Assembly: GCA_023250205.1 (NCBI GenBank)
Contig: JAHFBE010000003.1
Coordinates: 1 to 56,450 of the forward strand
DNA from: Candidatus Melainabacteria bacterium
GTDB taxonomy: Bacteria; Cyanobacteriota; Vampirovibrionia; 2-02-FULL-35-15
Reading direction: 5' to 3'
DNA: 56,450 nt
Positions 20,101 through 28,153 of the stretch are shown one piece after another. The notes below the pieces were generated by a model. The model was not told where the DNA came from and ran no database searches. It saw nothing but the letters and a program-made list of their open reading frames with translations. Position 1 is the first letter of the stretch. Every line of letters begins with the position of its first letter. Position numbers and translations under genes: made by a program.

Positions 20101-22555
20101 AACTTTGAGAGTTTCCAGAAGAAGAACTAGAAGAGGAAGAACTTGAGGAAGATGATGATGGAGTAGAGCATGGATCAATAAAATAATTTATTTGGATACA
20201 CTGCCCGTTTGTACAATTATATCTTTGATAAGTTATTCCATTTTGGCAAGTACCTAATGGACAGTTTGAGTTTGATGTACATGTAAGTCCACTGCTTGAA
20301 GAAGACGATGAAGAAGAACTTGAAGAGGAAGAGCTTGATGATGAAGAACTCGATGATGAGGAACTAGAAGAAGAAGGTAATGAGCATGTGACAGATGTAC
20401 AGGCACCATTTGGATAACAACATCTATTCCATTGACAATCAGGACTAGAACCTGTTTGACAACTGGGGATTAAACCGCTACTGCAGCTTATCATTATGCA
20501 GCCGGAAGAGCTTGATGAAGAAGAAGAACTACTGGAGGAGCTAGAGGAAGAAGCTTGAGGAGGACAAATCCCAGCGCGAAGAGTTTGAGAAGAGGAATTA
20601 AGACAGAGAACTTCAGAGTTGTTATTCATGCTGGAGCAAAGTTTTAAGTCAGTAGCTTCATCACACATGAAGGAGGCACCATTATTACAGACTGGCATGC
20701 TATCAACACAGGTAGGAATGTTAGAAGGATTTACATTTCCACAGCGAGCAAAGGTAATCTGTTGAGTAGTTGAATTAAGACAGATAGGCTCAGAATTGTT
20801 GTTCATAGCAGTACAGAACATAGAGGAGCCAGTAGGACAAGAAGGAGTAAGAGCAGAATTAGAACACATACTCATGCCATCCTCACAAAAAGCTCTGTTA
20901 GTATCAGCAAGATGGAAGGAGAAGGATTTAGAGAGAGAAGATTTAAACTTATTAAAGGAACGAGAGCTTAAAGAAGAAGAAGATTTAGGAAGACAAGAGG
21001 GAGTCTCTTGAAAAGATTGTTTACCAGTATTAAAATCAATATTAAAACATCCAGGTTTACCAGAATCAATATCACAGCTAATAAAAGTACCATCAGGACA
21101 ATGAAGGTCAAAACCATCACTACAATATGCATCGCCATCTTTACAAGCAGGTTCTAAGGTAGCTGAATCAAGAGAAGAAGATTTTTCATTAACAAAAAAC
21201 CTGATTTTACCACTAGAAGTAACAAAGACAAGGTCATCTAAGGAATCATTATTAAGATCTCCTCTGTTGACTGAGAGAGGAGAAGAATTAAGATCAAATT
21301 CAATAGAAGGAGCAAAAGAACCATTGCCATTTCCCTTAAGGACAGAGAAGTTATTGGAAGAAGAATTAGCAGTAATAATATCTAAATTGCAGTCATTATT
21401 TAGATTAGCAAAGGTAAAGCCATTAGCTATCCCAGCAATAGGGAAGTATTTAATGTTTCCAAAGGTCCCATCACTCTTACCTAAAGAAACCGCAATATTA
21501 TTTAAATCCTCATTACTTACAGAAGCTATTAAATCTAAGACACTATCGTTATTCAGATCAGCGGTAGAAAGAGAGAGAGGCTTAGAGTTAAGGGAGATAA
21601 CATTACTACTAACAAAAGAACTATTCCCATTACCAGTAAACAAAGTAATGTTATTGTCATTTGATGCAATAGCAAGATCAAGATTGCCATCGTTATTAAA
21701 ATCAAGAGAAGTGAGAGAGGTAGGAGCAGAATCAGAATCTAAATCAACGTTTTTAACATTACTATTTAAATCTAGAATTAGTGAGGTACCATCACTATTA
21801 ATAACTAAGATATCGGAAGTACCACTGTTATTAAAATCCCCAACAGTAAGAGATTTGGGAGAAGAACCAACTTTGAAGTGGAGAGGTTCAGAGAAGTTAT
21901 TGTTCCCATTATTTAAAATGACAGCAAGAGTCTCAGAATCTTTACTAAGTAGAATAAGATCTAACAAATCATCATTATTCAAATCATAAACAGATAAATC
22001 ATTGTGAGAAGAATCAGAGTTAATTGATTTGCTATTTGAGAAGGAACCATCAGAATTACCCAAGACAAGAGAAATAAACTTAACTGAGGAGTCAAGGACA
22101 AGTAAATCAGAAAACCCATCGTTGTTGATGTCAGAAGTAGTAACAGAGGATGGAACAATACCAGAGATATCGAAGGATTTATTTGTAAAATCTATTGAGC
22201 TATTTCCATTATCAGGGGAGTTGCATGAAAATGAATCAAGTATCTTTTGATTGTGATTAATGATTTGAGAAGGAATGAGAGGTTTTGTGTCATCAAGAAC
22301 ACTTGTAGGTTCTTGTTCTGGAAGAGGTTCAGGAGTAACAGAAGGTTCAACAGTATCTTGAAGTTCTGGGACTTTATTAATAGATTGAGAGGGGATATCT
22401 TGAGAGATAGTAGTTACTGAAGTTACATCAGAAGGGAATTTAAAGAGGTTGGGATAATTAAAGTCAAAAGCAGCGAGGGTGGGGAGATTAAACAAGAAAA
22501 TAGAGAGAACACTGAGGAGTGATCTAAGGAGTTTTAATTTACCGATTTTCTTCAT
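14168..22555 (-). CDS. Giant (2795 aa) secreted modular protein: FG-GAP/VCBS propellers, Cys-rich modules, discoidin-like domain, He_PIG-type Ig domain, Vgb-like 7-blade propeller, DTDGG modules, poly-Ser linkers
   Basis: N-terminal signal; many DFNxDGxxDLAV motifs; LPNGILNTSYNYSLQATGG; seven TEYTIPT...GPDGNxWF repeats; at least six long Ser tracts. Confidence 0.88.
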   Translation of the reverse strand: MKKIGKLKLLRSLLSVLSIFLFNLPTLAAFDFNYPNLFKFPSDVTSVTTISQDIPSQSINKVPELQDTVEPSVTPEPLPEQEPTSVLDDTKPLIPSQIINHNQKILDSFSCNSPDNGNSSIDFTNKSFDISGIVPSSVTTSDINNDGFSDLLVLDSSVKFISLVLGNSDGSFSNSKSINSDSSHNDLSVYDLNNDDLLDLILLSKDSETLAVILNNGNNNFSEPLHFKVGSSPKSLTVGDFNNSGTSDILVINSDGTSLILDLNSNVKNVDLDSDSAPTSLTSLDFNNDGNLDLAIASNDNNITLFTGNGNSSFVSSNVISLNSKPLSLSTADLNNDSVLDLIASVSNEDLNNIAVSLGKSDGTFGNIKYFPIAGIANGFTFANLNNDCNLDIITANSSSNNFSVLKGNGNGSFAPSIEFDLNSSPLSVNRGDLNNDSLDDLVFVTSSGKIRFFVNEKSSSLDSATLEPACKDGDAYCSDGFDLHCPDGTFISCDIDSGKPGCFNIDFNTGKQSFQETPSCLPKSSSSLSSRSFNKFKSSLSKSFSFHLADTNRAFCEDGMSMCSNSALTPSCPTGSSMFCTAMNNNSEPICLNSTTQQITFARCGNVNPSNIPTCVDSMPVCNNGASFMCDEATDLKLCSSMNNNSEVLCLNSSSQTLRAGICPPQASSSSSSSSSSSSSSSSGCIMISCSSGLIPSCQTGSSPDCQWNRCCYPNGACTSVTCSLPSSSSSSSSSSSSSSSSSSSSSSSSSSSSGLTCTSNSNCPLGTCQNGITYQRYNCTNGQCIQINYFIDPCSTPSSSSSSSSSSSSSSGNSQSCIATQWASNATASNSYDSYPASNIVGAPQCTGCSVCPDQTTNVWLNATAGQSATVEVSFPNPAIADSILIKEAYYSGFVKSIILKDQSGNQIGNIINVNDTSSCPSNYDLIVSFPLTSTPVAKVLINTTPQSYYSGIDAVQIRCSGASSTSSSSGSSSSSSSSSSSSSSGTPLIISNSSLPNGILNTSYNYSLQATGGTSPYSWSSISGTSVLTNGLSIVSNTGIITGIPLQAGNFSTTIKVTDSMSQTTQKTFSFTVPSTSSSSSSGISCNTPSFSDAIDFPVGSYGSYPTSATSSDFNYDGKADLAVTCGNSILVLLGSALGFSDITSYPVSSYSSYPSSITSFNIGSLAIAGSGFVSGLGVSGFQGSVSLPPIYVGSSLTSIISRDFNNDGQADFAIADAGSNNVSIILGMGTGTGNYLVNPFPVGSFPISVISSDFNNDGKADLAVANYTDNNISILLGNGTGEFGSAINFPVGSRPGSVTSNDFNNDGNVDLAVANALSNNVSILLGNGTGGFSSATNFPIDSYSSITSSDFNNDCKVDLAVVNRTGNVSVLLGNGTGGFGSAINFSVGSSSYSVIAGDFNNDGKVDLAVTNPENNNISVLLNTSPCSLSTSSCSSNSSSSSSSSSSSSSSSSSSSSSSSSSSSSSSGIVCAAPACPQLQPGCSYQYPTLSNGCTGCILACPSSSSSSSSGCSTTTTEYTIPTANSNPQSITSGSDGNFWFIEYNGNKIGKITTAGTITEYTIPTANSGPYGITSGPDGNIWFTENSGNKIGKITTTGTFTEYTIPTAGSYPNDITPGTDGNLWFTEQGGNKIGKITTTGTITEYTIPTTSSSPRGIISRPDGNIWFTENSGNKIGKITTTGTFTEYTIPTASSSPHGITLGPDGNLWFAETYKNKIGKITTAGTFTEYTIPTAGSYPYYITSGPDGSLWFAEHSANKIGKITTTGTITEYTIPTASNGPYGITSGLDGNLWFTETFGNKIGKIKTCPLVSTSSSSSSSGATCLLSFGNINNITAGTNPFSAVAKDFNSDNKIDLAVANIGGSNISLLFGNGNGTFGNKLNFTVGTNPSSIVSSDFNNDNKPDLAVTNANSDYISVLLGNGDSTFGNVHNFTADLSASSIVAGDFNSDNNIDLIVAHSGNRSIARYLGNGLGSFSAPTILGTTATKIITNDYNKDGKQDLATISYENKRLLIFLGNGNSTFNTSNINLPFYPTDIISGYFNSDNSIDLIVLNGAPILGSGYNNSALFLGNGNGTFSGPNYNFGAISTIATGDFNSDSKIDLVTSTPNSAAITLGNGDGTFSGGVWLVNNQVNSILASDVNSDNKLDVVLLNNAGDVSVILNTSPCSLNTGSSSSSSSSSSSSSSSSSSSSSSSSSSGGLSSSGSPPLPPVLISADFNIPYYLTLRYAKNNTLGTVLKSASGTEIYSSYTSGSSGTYYPGGPYYEYNISRQDTGSTPYTLALDYLDPGVQNGSLIKLCYTNYPNICSQPIAVTGNRSPSNLGMVSPLSGSMCNDTDGGVNYETRGSVTTSTTGEHIDRCYGQPDDYCSGTNCSLREYYCDPDGMLTYEEHSCSECMDGSCKQNECNGEITVLPSYSGGAWNPDKNVSYTFGDIGIGDPPPVSDEIIESNFFTGDSNIIGRLPIPMESHHVLWNHVKKVFYIFGGKTSTSYTGYDGYRHGVDSYDTNIWEFNPLTNSVTIAGSLDSEAWVQQNYWIPYSTRWDTVRNVGYFYRRIPNSANIIAYEYDPETQSFGQLQTYLPDPSVPGSGTPLIDSQGFVTNPLFPSIEYNNNTYQVFSYSWDIEKNVTSALAVNQGTIIYIPCYNQSQKPCFDTINSCINTVNSCIDTDGGRNYRTKGSVTRALNSNIQTSHDECYSYNNTITQVNSCEGQGCKLMENFCSMGEITEEQIDCNKCIDGVCISNSSSSSSGSYPNNCNINLLSTCCTNAGCNGIDPDSNKCQCTNSCAPQCSQGN
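17129..18006 (-). repeat. Seven intragenic 126-bp repeats (Vgb-like propeller blades)
   Basis: 42-aa unit TxTEYTIPTAxSxPxxITxGPDGNxWFxExxxNKIGKITTxG; DNA blocks gtaggaatagtgta(c/t)tcagtaa and gttgtaatcttacctatttt recur. Confidence 0.92.
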
Positions 22556-22794
22556 TTAGTGGTGAAATGCTGGCCGATTAAGAGTTCTCTTATTTTATGA
22601 ATAAGAAGGACAAATAATAAAGGGTAGAGCGAGAATAAAAATACAAGCCCTAATAGCCAACCCTATAGTTTTATTCCCTTAGAATTAATCTGAAATTAAA
22701 GTAGTGATTAAAAACATAGTAAAAATGATAAAATTGACTACATTAAATAGGGGATAAGAGAACTTTAACCTTTTTAATAGCTTAGTTCTTATGT

Positions 22795-23892
22795 CTAAAC
22801 CAGAAAATCTCTAAGCATTTCAATATTTCTTTTATTTAATTCGTGAACTTTCTTTTTTACCAGCTTTGCTTTGTCAATTGAATGTTGCATATTTTGCCAG
22901 AAGTAGTTCCATGGTTGTTCTAAATCATCTTTCAGTCCAATCCCTACTTGGGCAGCAAAGTCAATTAATGATTTTACTTTTTGATCATAAATTAATCCAA
23001 AAACAGGTTTTTCATTTGCCAGTGGAACTAAAAGAGCATGATATCTCATAGCAACCATTGCATCACAACTTGCTAGAACTCCTGCTTGTTGTTGAATGGG
23101 GAGGTATGGAAAAGTTTCAAGCATTATTATTCTGTTTGGTTCGGAGACTTTTTTTGATGTAAGATCTTGCAATTCATATAAGAGATGAGCATCTTGTTGT
23201 GGCATGCAAGGAATTAGAACTACTTGCCAGTCTTTCATGGCATTAACTATCCTTGATAGTCTATCAGCTATAGCAGAAATATGATGACTTCTAAAATATT
23301 TATCATTTCTAATTGATACTCCAAGAACAGGCAACTTCCAGTTAACTTCTTTTATTGAGGTTTTAAAAGAGAAATCAGGCTCCATTTCCCATACAGGATC
23401 GCAGGTTACAAATACATTAGTACTATGAGGGACATACTCTGAAGAAAGAGAATCTCTTACAGTTATTGTTTTAACTGACTTCATCCCAAAATTAAATAAT
23501 TTTTGTGAAATGTTTCTCTGAAATGGACCAATACCAGCTCCAAATAAGGTCACATCTTTCCCAAAAAATTGTGCAAGAAACAGTTGTGCAAAATAATACA
23601 AAAAACTTTTTAAACTGGTTTTGTCTTGGAATACCCCTCCTATAAAAATTAACTTATCAGCACTTAGTACAGCCTGAAATACTTCAAAGAAACTCCATCT
23701 GTTTGTAACAGGAACACTATAAGCGTTGGAAGTGATATCTGGTTTGTTTGATAAAACATTTATATTTTGTCTTTGTATACCAAGCTCTAAAAGGTGCTTT
23801 ATTAAAATATGTAACAGTGCTTCATCACCAAAATTCTCATAGCCAATATATCCGCTGATTAAAACTTTTTTCATCTGTAGGTTTAGCCCCAT
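22795..23892 (-). CDS. csaB: Polysaccharide pyruvyl transferase CsaB
   Basis: LISGYIGYENFGDEALL, GGVFQDKTS, GAGIGP, ITVRD, AMRYHAL. Confidence 0.92.
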   Translation of the reverse strand: MGLNLQMKKVLISGYIGYENFGDEALLHILIKHLLELGIQRQNINVLSNKPDITSNAYSVPVTNRWSFFEVFQAVLSADKLIFIGGVFQDKTSLKSFLYYFAQLFLAQFFGKDVTLFGAGIGPFQRNISQKLFNFGMKSVKTITVRDSLSSEYVPHSTNVFVTCDPVWEMEPDFSFKTSIKEVNWKLPVLGVSIRNDKYFRSHHISAIADRLSRIVNAMKDWQVVLIPCMPQQDAHLLYELQDLTSKKVSEPNRIIMLETFPYLPIQQQAGVLASCDAMVAMRYHALLVPLANEKPVFGLIYDQKVKSLIDFAAQVGIGLKDDLEQPWNYFWQNMQHSIDKAKLVKKKVHELNKRNIEMLRDFLV

Positions 23893-24019
23893 TTGCAGTT
23901 TGACTGCTTGTTTGATTTTAAGCTTTTTGTGGCAGGTTTATCAAGAGAAGCTCTATTTTTATTACTATTAAATAATAAAATAGTAACTTTGATTTTATCA
24001 ATTAGGCCAGAAATACCTT

Positions 24020-24670
24020 ATGGAAACTGCAACTCAACAAGTTTTAACATCACCAGTACTCGTTGGTGAGCTATCGGAGTTTAACTTAGTTCATATACTC
24101 CAGTTGCTTAATGAGTGTAATGCAAATGGTGTTTTGCAGGTAAAAAAAGGTGCATTATATGGAATTATGTATTTTGAGCATGGACAAATAATAGATGCTC
24201 ATGTACTTACATATGATGGTGAAGATGCAATATATGAAATATTTCTATGGTTGACAGGTAAGTTTGCATTTTATTCTTTACCGGTTCAAAGACCAAAAAC
24301 GATTAAAAGACCTACTGAAGATTTAATACTTACTGGTGCACGATACGATGAAAGATGGAGAAAGTTGTGTAAATTAGGAATTAACTCAAAAACAATTTTA
24401 AAAGCAAAATCTCAAGAAGAAATTTCAAGAATGATCGCTGAAGAAGAAGAAGGAACAATACATCTTGCTCAGGCAGATCAGGAATTTCTTACGATCGTAG
24501 ATGGTACAAAGACTCTTGGTGAAATTGCAAATCAACTTGGATATAATAGAAGAAAATTAGTTACTATCCTGTCTTTTTTACTTACAAACAACTTTTTAGA
24601 CATTGTTTCAGTTGATAATGCTTCTCCATTTAGTGATGGTAGCCAGGCTTTTATGCCGGAATTAGATTAG
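24020..24670 (+). CDS. DUF4388 domain protein with probable C-terminal winged helix
   Basis: LVGELSEFNLVHILQLL...GIMYFEHGQIIDA...W..GKFAF pattern. Confidence 0.8.
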   Translation: METATQQVLTSPVLVGELSEFNLVHILQLLNECNANGVLQVKKGALYGIMYFEHGQIIDAHVLTYDGEDAIYEIFLWLTGKFAFYSLPVQRPKTIKRPTEDLILTGARYDERWRKLCKLGINSKTILKAKSQEEISRMIAEEEEGTIHLAQADQEFLTIVDGTKTLGEIANQLGYNRRKLVTILSFLLTNNFLDIVSVDNASPFSDGSQAFMPELD

Positions 24671-25638
24671 AAGTGATTCTTTAAAAGAATAATGATTCCA
24701 ATTAGACTACAAATTATCTGAAAAACAAAAAATTTCTTTACTACATCTGTTTCTTTCCATCCGATTAACTCAAAATGATGATGTAAAGGTGCCATTTTAA
24801 ATAGTCTTTTATCCTTTCCTAAAAATCTTTTGGAATATTTAAAACTTAGAACCTGAAGGATTACTGATAAAGCTTCTAAAATAGGAATAGTTGCAAAGCA
24901 AATTAAGAATAAATCAGCTTTAGATACAATTGCAAGGGTTCCTATAGCCCCACCAATTGCAAGACTTCCTGTATCTCCCATAAAAACTTTGGCTGGATAT
25001 CTATTAAAATATAAAAATCCAAGCAATGCACCAGAAAATATTATTGAGAAGGCTAAGAGTTCAAATCTTCCAGTGGAATAAAGTAAAACGATAAATCCAC
25101 ATAAGCCTGCTAAGGTTACAGATCCTACTAGCCCATCTAAACCATCCGTCAGATTATATGAGTTACTTGCACCAGAAATTATAAAGAAGTACCAGGCTAG
25201 ATATAAGTAGTTATTCCCTTCCTTATATAAGTAAAAGATTGAGATGCTTAAGAGAAGCTGTATTAACAACTTGCTCCACCCGGATATTCCTTTATTATGT
25301 TGTTTTCTTACTTTTAGGTAGTCATCTGTAAATCCAAGAATTGAGAGTACAAGCATTGTACTTAGTACAACAACCAGATCAAGAGTGAAAAACTCTTTTT
25401 TTATTCCACAAAATATTAATGTAATAAGAAATATAGGAATTAAAAAGATAATTCCACCTATTGTTGGAGTAGATGATTTCTTTGTTATGTGAGAAGAAGG
25501 TCCATCTTCTCGTATGGTTTGTTTTACATTTATAAGTTTTAGTATTGGTATTAAGAATATTCCAATAATAAATGACAAACTCAAGGATATTGTAAATAAA
25601 ATTAGATAACAGTAATTCATTTCATAAAAGTCGCCCAA
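24667..25638 (-). CDS. mraY: Phospho-N-acetylmuramoyl-pentapeptide transferase
   Basis: IREDGP..H..K..TPTIGG, GFTDDY, NLTDGLDGL, FMGDTGSLAIG, MAPLHHHFE. Confidence 0.96.
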   Translation of the reverse strand: MGDFYEMNYCYLILFTISLSLSFIIGIFLIPILKLINVKQTIREDGPSSHITKKSSTPTIGGIIFLIPIFLITLIFCGIKKEFFTLDLVVVLSTMLVLSILGFTDDYLKVRKQHNKGISGWSKLLIQLLLSISIFYLYKEGNNYLYLAWYFFIISGASNSYNLTDGLDGLVGSVTLAGLCGFIVLLYSTGRFELLAFSIIFSGALLGFLYFNRYPAKVFMGDTGSLAIGGAIGTLAIVSKADLFLICFATIPILEALSVILQVLSFKYSKRFLGKDKRLFKMAPLHHHFELIGWKETDVVKKFFVFQIICSLIGIIILLKNHF

Positions 25639-25873
25639 GTAACGTAGTTATGAGCTGTAACACAAAAAAACCTAAGATTGGGGAAATATCAATGCCGTTA
25701 ATTGGGGGAATAATCCTTCTAAAAGGTTCAAGATATGGGAGGCAAAGTCCATCAAGAAACCGATAAAACTTTGAATATCGCAGATCCGGTATCCATGATA
25801 AAACAACCCATACGAACATAAGGAAGGTATATCCCTGAACCAAAGTTATTAAAATCATTATTATTGAAGACAT
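25622..25873 (-). CDS. yggT: YggT family membrane protein
   Basis: LSWIP...PYLEPFRRIIPPINGIDISPILGF. Confidence 0.9.
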   Translation of the reverse strand: MSSIIMILITLVQGYTFLMFVWVVLSWIPDLRYSKFYRFLDGLCLPYLEPFRRIIPPINGIDISPILGFFVLQLITTLLGRLL

Positions 25874-25987
25874 AAATCAATTAATCTTTATATTTAAATT
25901 GCACTTTATCATTATATAATTTCTTATTTATTTATCTGTTTAAAGTTGAATTTGCTTAATAATCAGCAAGTTTCTGTTAAAAAAGAC

Positions 25988-26032
25988 TCAACCGTAGAGG
26001 TATCTCTTAGATAAAGAAACCTCTACGGTTGA
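25988..26032 (-). terminator. Strong inverted repeat, probable terminator of the Lys-rich micro-ORF
   Basis: tcaaccgtagaggt / acctctacggttga are perfect 14-bp arms; on the minus strand they are followed by gtctttttt-like T-rich sequence. Confidence 0.55.
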
Positions 26033-26055
26033 AAATTAAGCAAAGCAGCTTGCAG

Positions 26056-26118
26056 TTATCTTTTTTTCTTTTTTGCTGTTTTCTTGCTGGCTGCTTTCTT
26101 TTTAGTTTTTTTTGCCAT
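26056..26118 (-). CDS. 20-aa lysine-rich micropeptide MAKKTKKKAASKKTAKKKKR (absent from the ORF track)
   Basis: Manual translation; strong SD aaggag about 6 nt upstream; hairpin downstream. Confidence 0.6.
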   Translation of the reverse strand: MAKKTKKKAASKKTAKKKKR

Positions 26119-26148
26119 TGTTTTCTCCTTTCTTTTTTACAAAAACTT

Positions 26149-26331
26149 TTATCTAAACTTGTAAGATTCCCTCAAACTAAACGTAGGTTTTGATTTATTT
26201 TCACGTGAAAATTTTAATCTGGCCAGCGTTTGATTAATTAAAATAGAAGTTGGTACTAGTGTAAAAGCCGCTTCATGAGTGCGCTTATAAATAATTTCAT
26301 CTTTTACTTTTATTTGTTTTTTTATTGACAT
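26149..26331 (-). CDS. Possible small basic hypothetical protein
   Basis: 60-aa ORF filling an otherwise empty interval; no recognisable motif. Confidence 0.3.
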   Translation of the reverse strand: MSIKKQIKVKDEIIYKRTHEAAFTLVPTSILINQTLARLKFSRENKSKPTFSLRESYKFR

Positions 26332-26554
26332 TATGCTTGCTTTTATTTTTTTTGTTACTTAGGTTCTTAACAACATCCTTTTGCTATCTCTAATAATTTC
26401 CCAGATATCTATACCCTACCTTAATAGCAAAATAACGTTTTTTCTGAATTTAGTCAATTACACTTTTAGAAAAATAACATCATGATCAAAAATAAAGTGC
26501 AAGAGATAAACCTAAATTACATAAATAATGACTTGAAGAAAGCAAAGTTGTTTC

Positions 26555-27313
26555 TCAAAAACTCTTTTTTGTAAGTTTAATTGCTTCTTGCAGGTCGATT
26601 TTTTGTTTGTAGAGTGCCTTGCCAAGAATTATTCCGGAAATATTCCTGTGCCTGTCTTTCTTTAGTTTCATAACGGCATGAACATCTTCAATGCAAGAGA
26701 CTCCTCCAGAAACTATTATTTGTGACTTCAAAGAACTTGCAATTGCTTCCAGAGATTTGATGTTTGGACCACTTAACGTGCCATCTTTTGAGACATCAGT
26801 GTAGATAATCTGGTTAATTTTACCGAGATGTTCTTCTAGGTTATTAAGATTAATTTCAATTGTTTCCTGCCATCCTGATAAGGCTATCTGATTATTTTTT
26901 AAATCCAACCCAAGGATTATCTTTTCACCATGTTCTTTAACCACTTCTTTATAAAAATCTTTATCTTGGAATGCTTTTGTTCCTAAAATTATGAAACTGA
27001 TTCCCTCATTCAGATATTTACTGATGGTCTCTTTTGTTCTTATGCCTCCTCCGACTTGCACTTTGATTCCAGGAATCTTTGCAATTTTGTAAATGACCTT
27101 AAAATTTACAGGTAATCCTTCTTTTGCTCCGTCCAGATCTACAAGATGTAACCTTTTTGCTCCACAGGCAATCCATTTTTTTGCAATTTCTTCCGGATCT
27201 GTAGAAAATTCTTCTATTTTGTCATATTGCCCTTGCGTTAGGCGTACACATTTCCCATCCAAGATATCTATTGCTGGAATAATTTCAAAATTATTTGTCA
27301 TGTTCTCTTCCAT
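26555..27313 (-). CDS. hisA: ProFAR isomerase HisA
   Basis: IIPAIDILDGKCVRLTQG, LHLVDLDGA, QVGGGIR, TDVSKDGTLSGPN. Confidence 0.95.
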   Translation of the reverse strand: MEENMTNNFEIIPAIDILDGKCVRLTQGQYDKIEEFSTDPEEIAKKWIACGAKRLHLVDLDGAKEGLPVNFKVIYKIAKIPGIKVQVGGGIRTKETISKYLNEGISFIILGTKAFQDKDFYKEVVKEHGEKIILGLDLKNNQIALSGWQETIEINLNNLEEHLGKINQIIYTDVSKDGTLSGPNIKSLEAIASSLKSQIIVSGGVSCIEDVHAVMKLKKDRHRNISGIILGKALYKQKIDLQEAIKLTKKSF

Positions 27314-27317
27314 AATG

Positions 27318-28031
27318 CTAATGAATGGTTATTGCTTCTTCGGTTTTAATAGACTTTACTTCTGGATAAACATATTTAAAGTTGTATTTGTTACCTTCTT
27401 CTTTATAACCTATTACATTGAGTCTCACATCATTTGTCTTTAAGAGTATTGATTCATACTTTGAAATAGGGTCAAATGCGTTTGTATCAAATTTAAGTCT
27501 TGTTATAAATGTTTCATCAGGAATACAGTGTACAAAATAAAAAACCCCTTTTAGTCGATTTAAATTACTGGTTCTGATCACTTTTTTTAAGCAAAGCATA
27601 AATTCACTAGTGTTTTTATTCTCATCAATTATTACAGAAATGCAAGGATGTTTTGGGTCTATAAAGAAATCAACTATACAGGTGTTCAAATCACATTTTT
27701 TAAATAACCCTCGTTGTAGTCTGAAAACAGATATTGAGTTTATTTTTGCAAGAGATTTCCATAACTTAAACTGTCTGTTATATAGACCAGTCTGGTGCAT
27801 TTGAATGAATAAATCCTTTAAAAGATACTCAATAGATTTGGTAACTATTTCAGGGAGAATATTCTCCTCTATGTTGGTAAGTAAAATATTTTCTGTAGCA
27901 CTTTTGATTTGTGTTGTGCTGTATGATCTGGGTATTTGAGTAATCTTTTCACAGCTTAAAGCTAGGGGATTCTTTTGACTTACGCTGAATTTTCCTAGTA
28001 ATTTCTTAGAAATAAAAACAGTTTCAAGCAT
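27318..28031 (-). CDS. Hypothetical protein
   Basis: 237-aa ORF co-oriented and adjacent to hisA; no motif recognised. Confidence 0.65.
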   Translation of the reverse strand: MLETVFISKKLLGKFSVSQKNPLALSCEKITQIPRSYSTTQIKSATENILLTNIEENILPEIVTKSIEYLLKDLFIQMHQTGLYNRQFKLWKSLAKINSISVFRLQRGLFKKCDLNTCIVDFFIDPKHPCISVIIDENKNTSEFMLCLKKVIRTSNLNRLKGVFYFVHCIPDETFITRLKFDTNAFDPISKYESILLKTNDVRLNVIGYKEEGNKYNFKYVYPEVKSIKTEEAITIH

Positions 28032-28153
28032 GTTTTTAGGTTATCAGAAATTCTGACTTTAGAACAACTAGCAATTAATACTTTCAATGAGTAAGACTTT
28101 ATACATAGTCTTATTGTTTATTACTTTGTACTTCATTGATATAATTAGTAAGT

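Noticed and set aside
20796-22250. Plus-strand ORFs of 71, 240 and 73 aa
   Set aside because: Antisense to the giant gene; they stay open because the T/C-ending codon bias removes stops on the opposite strand.
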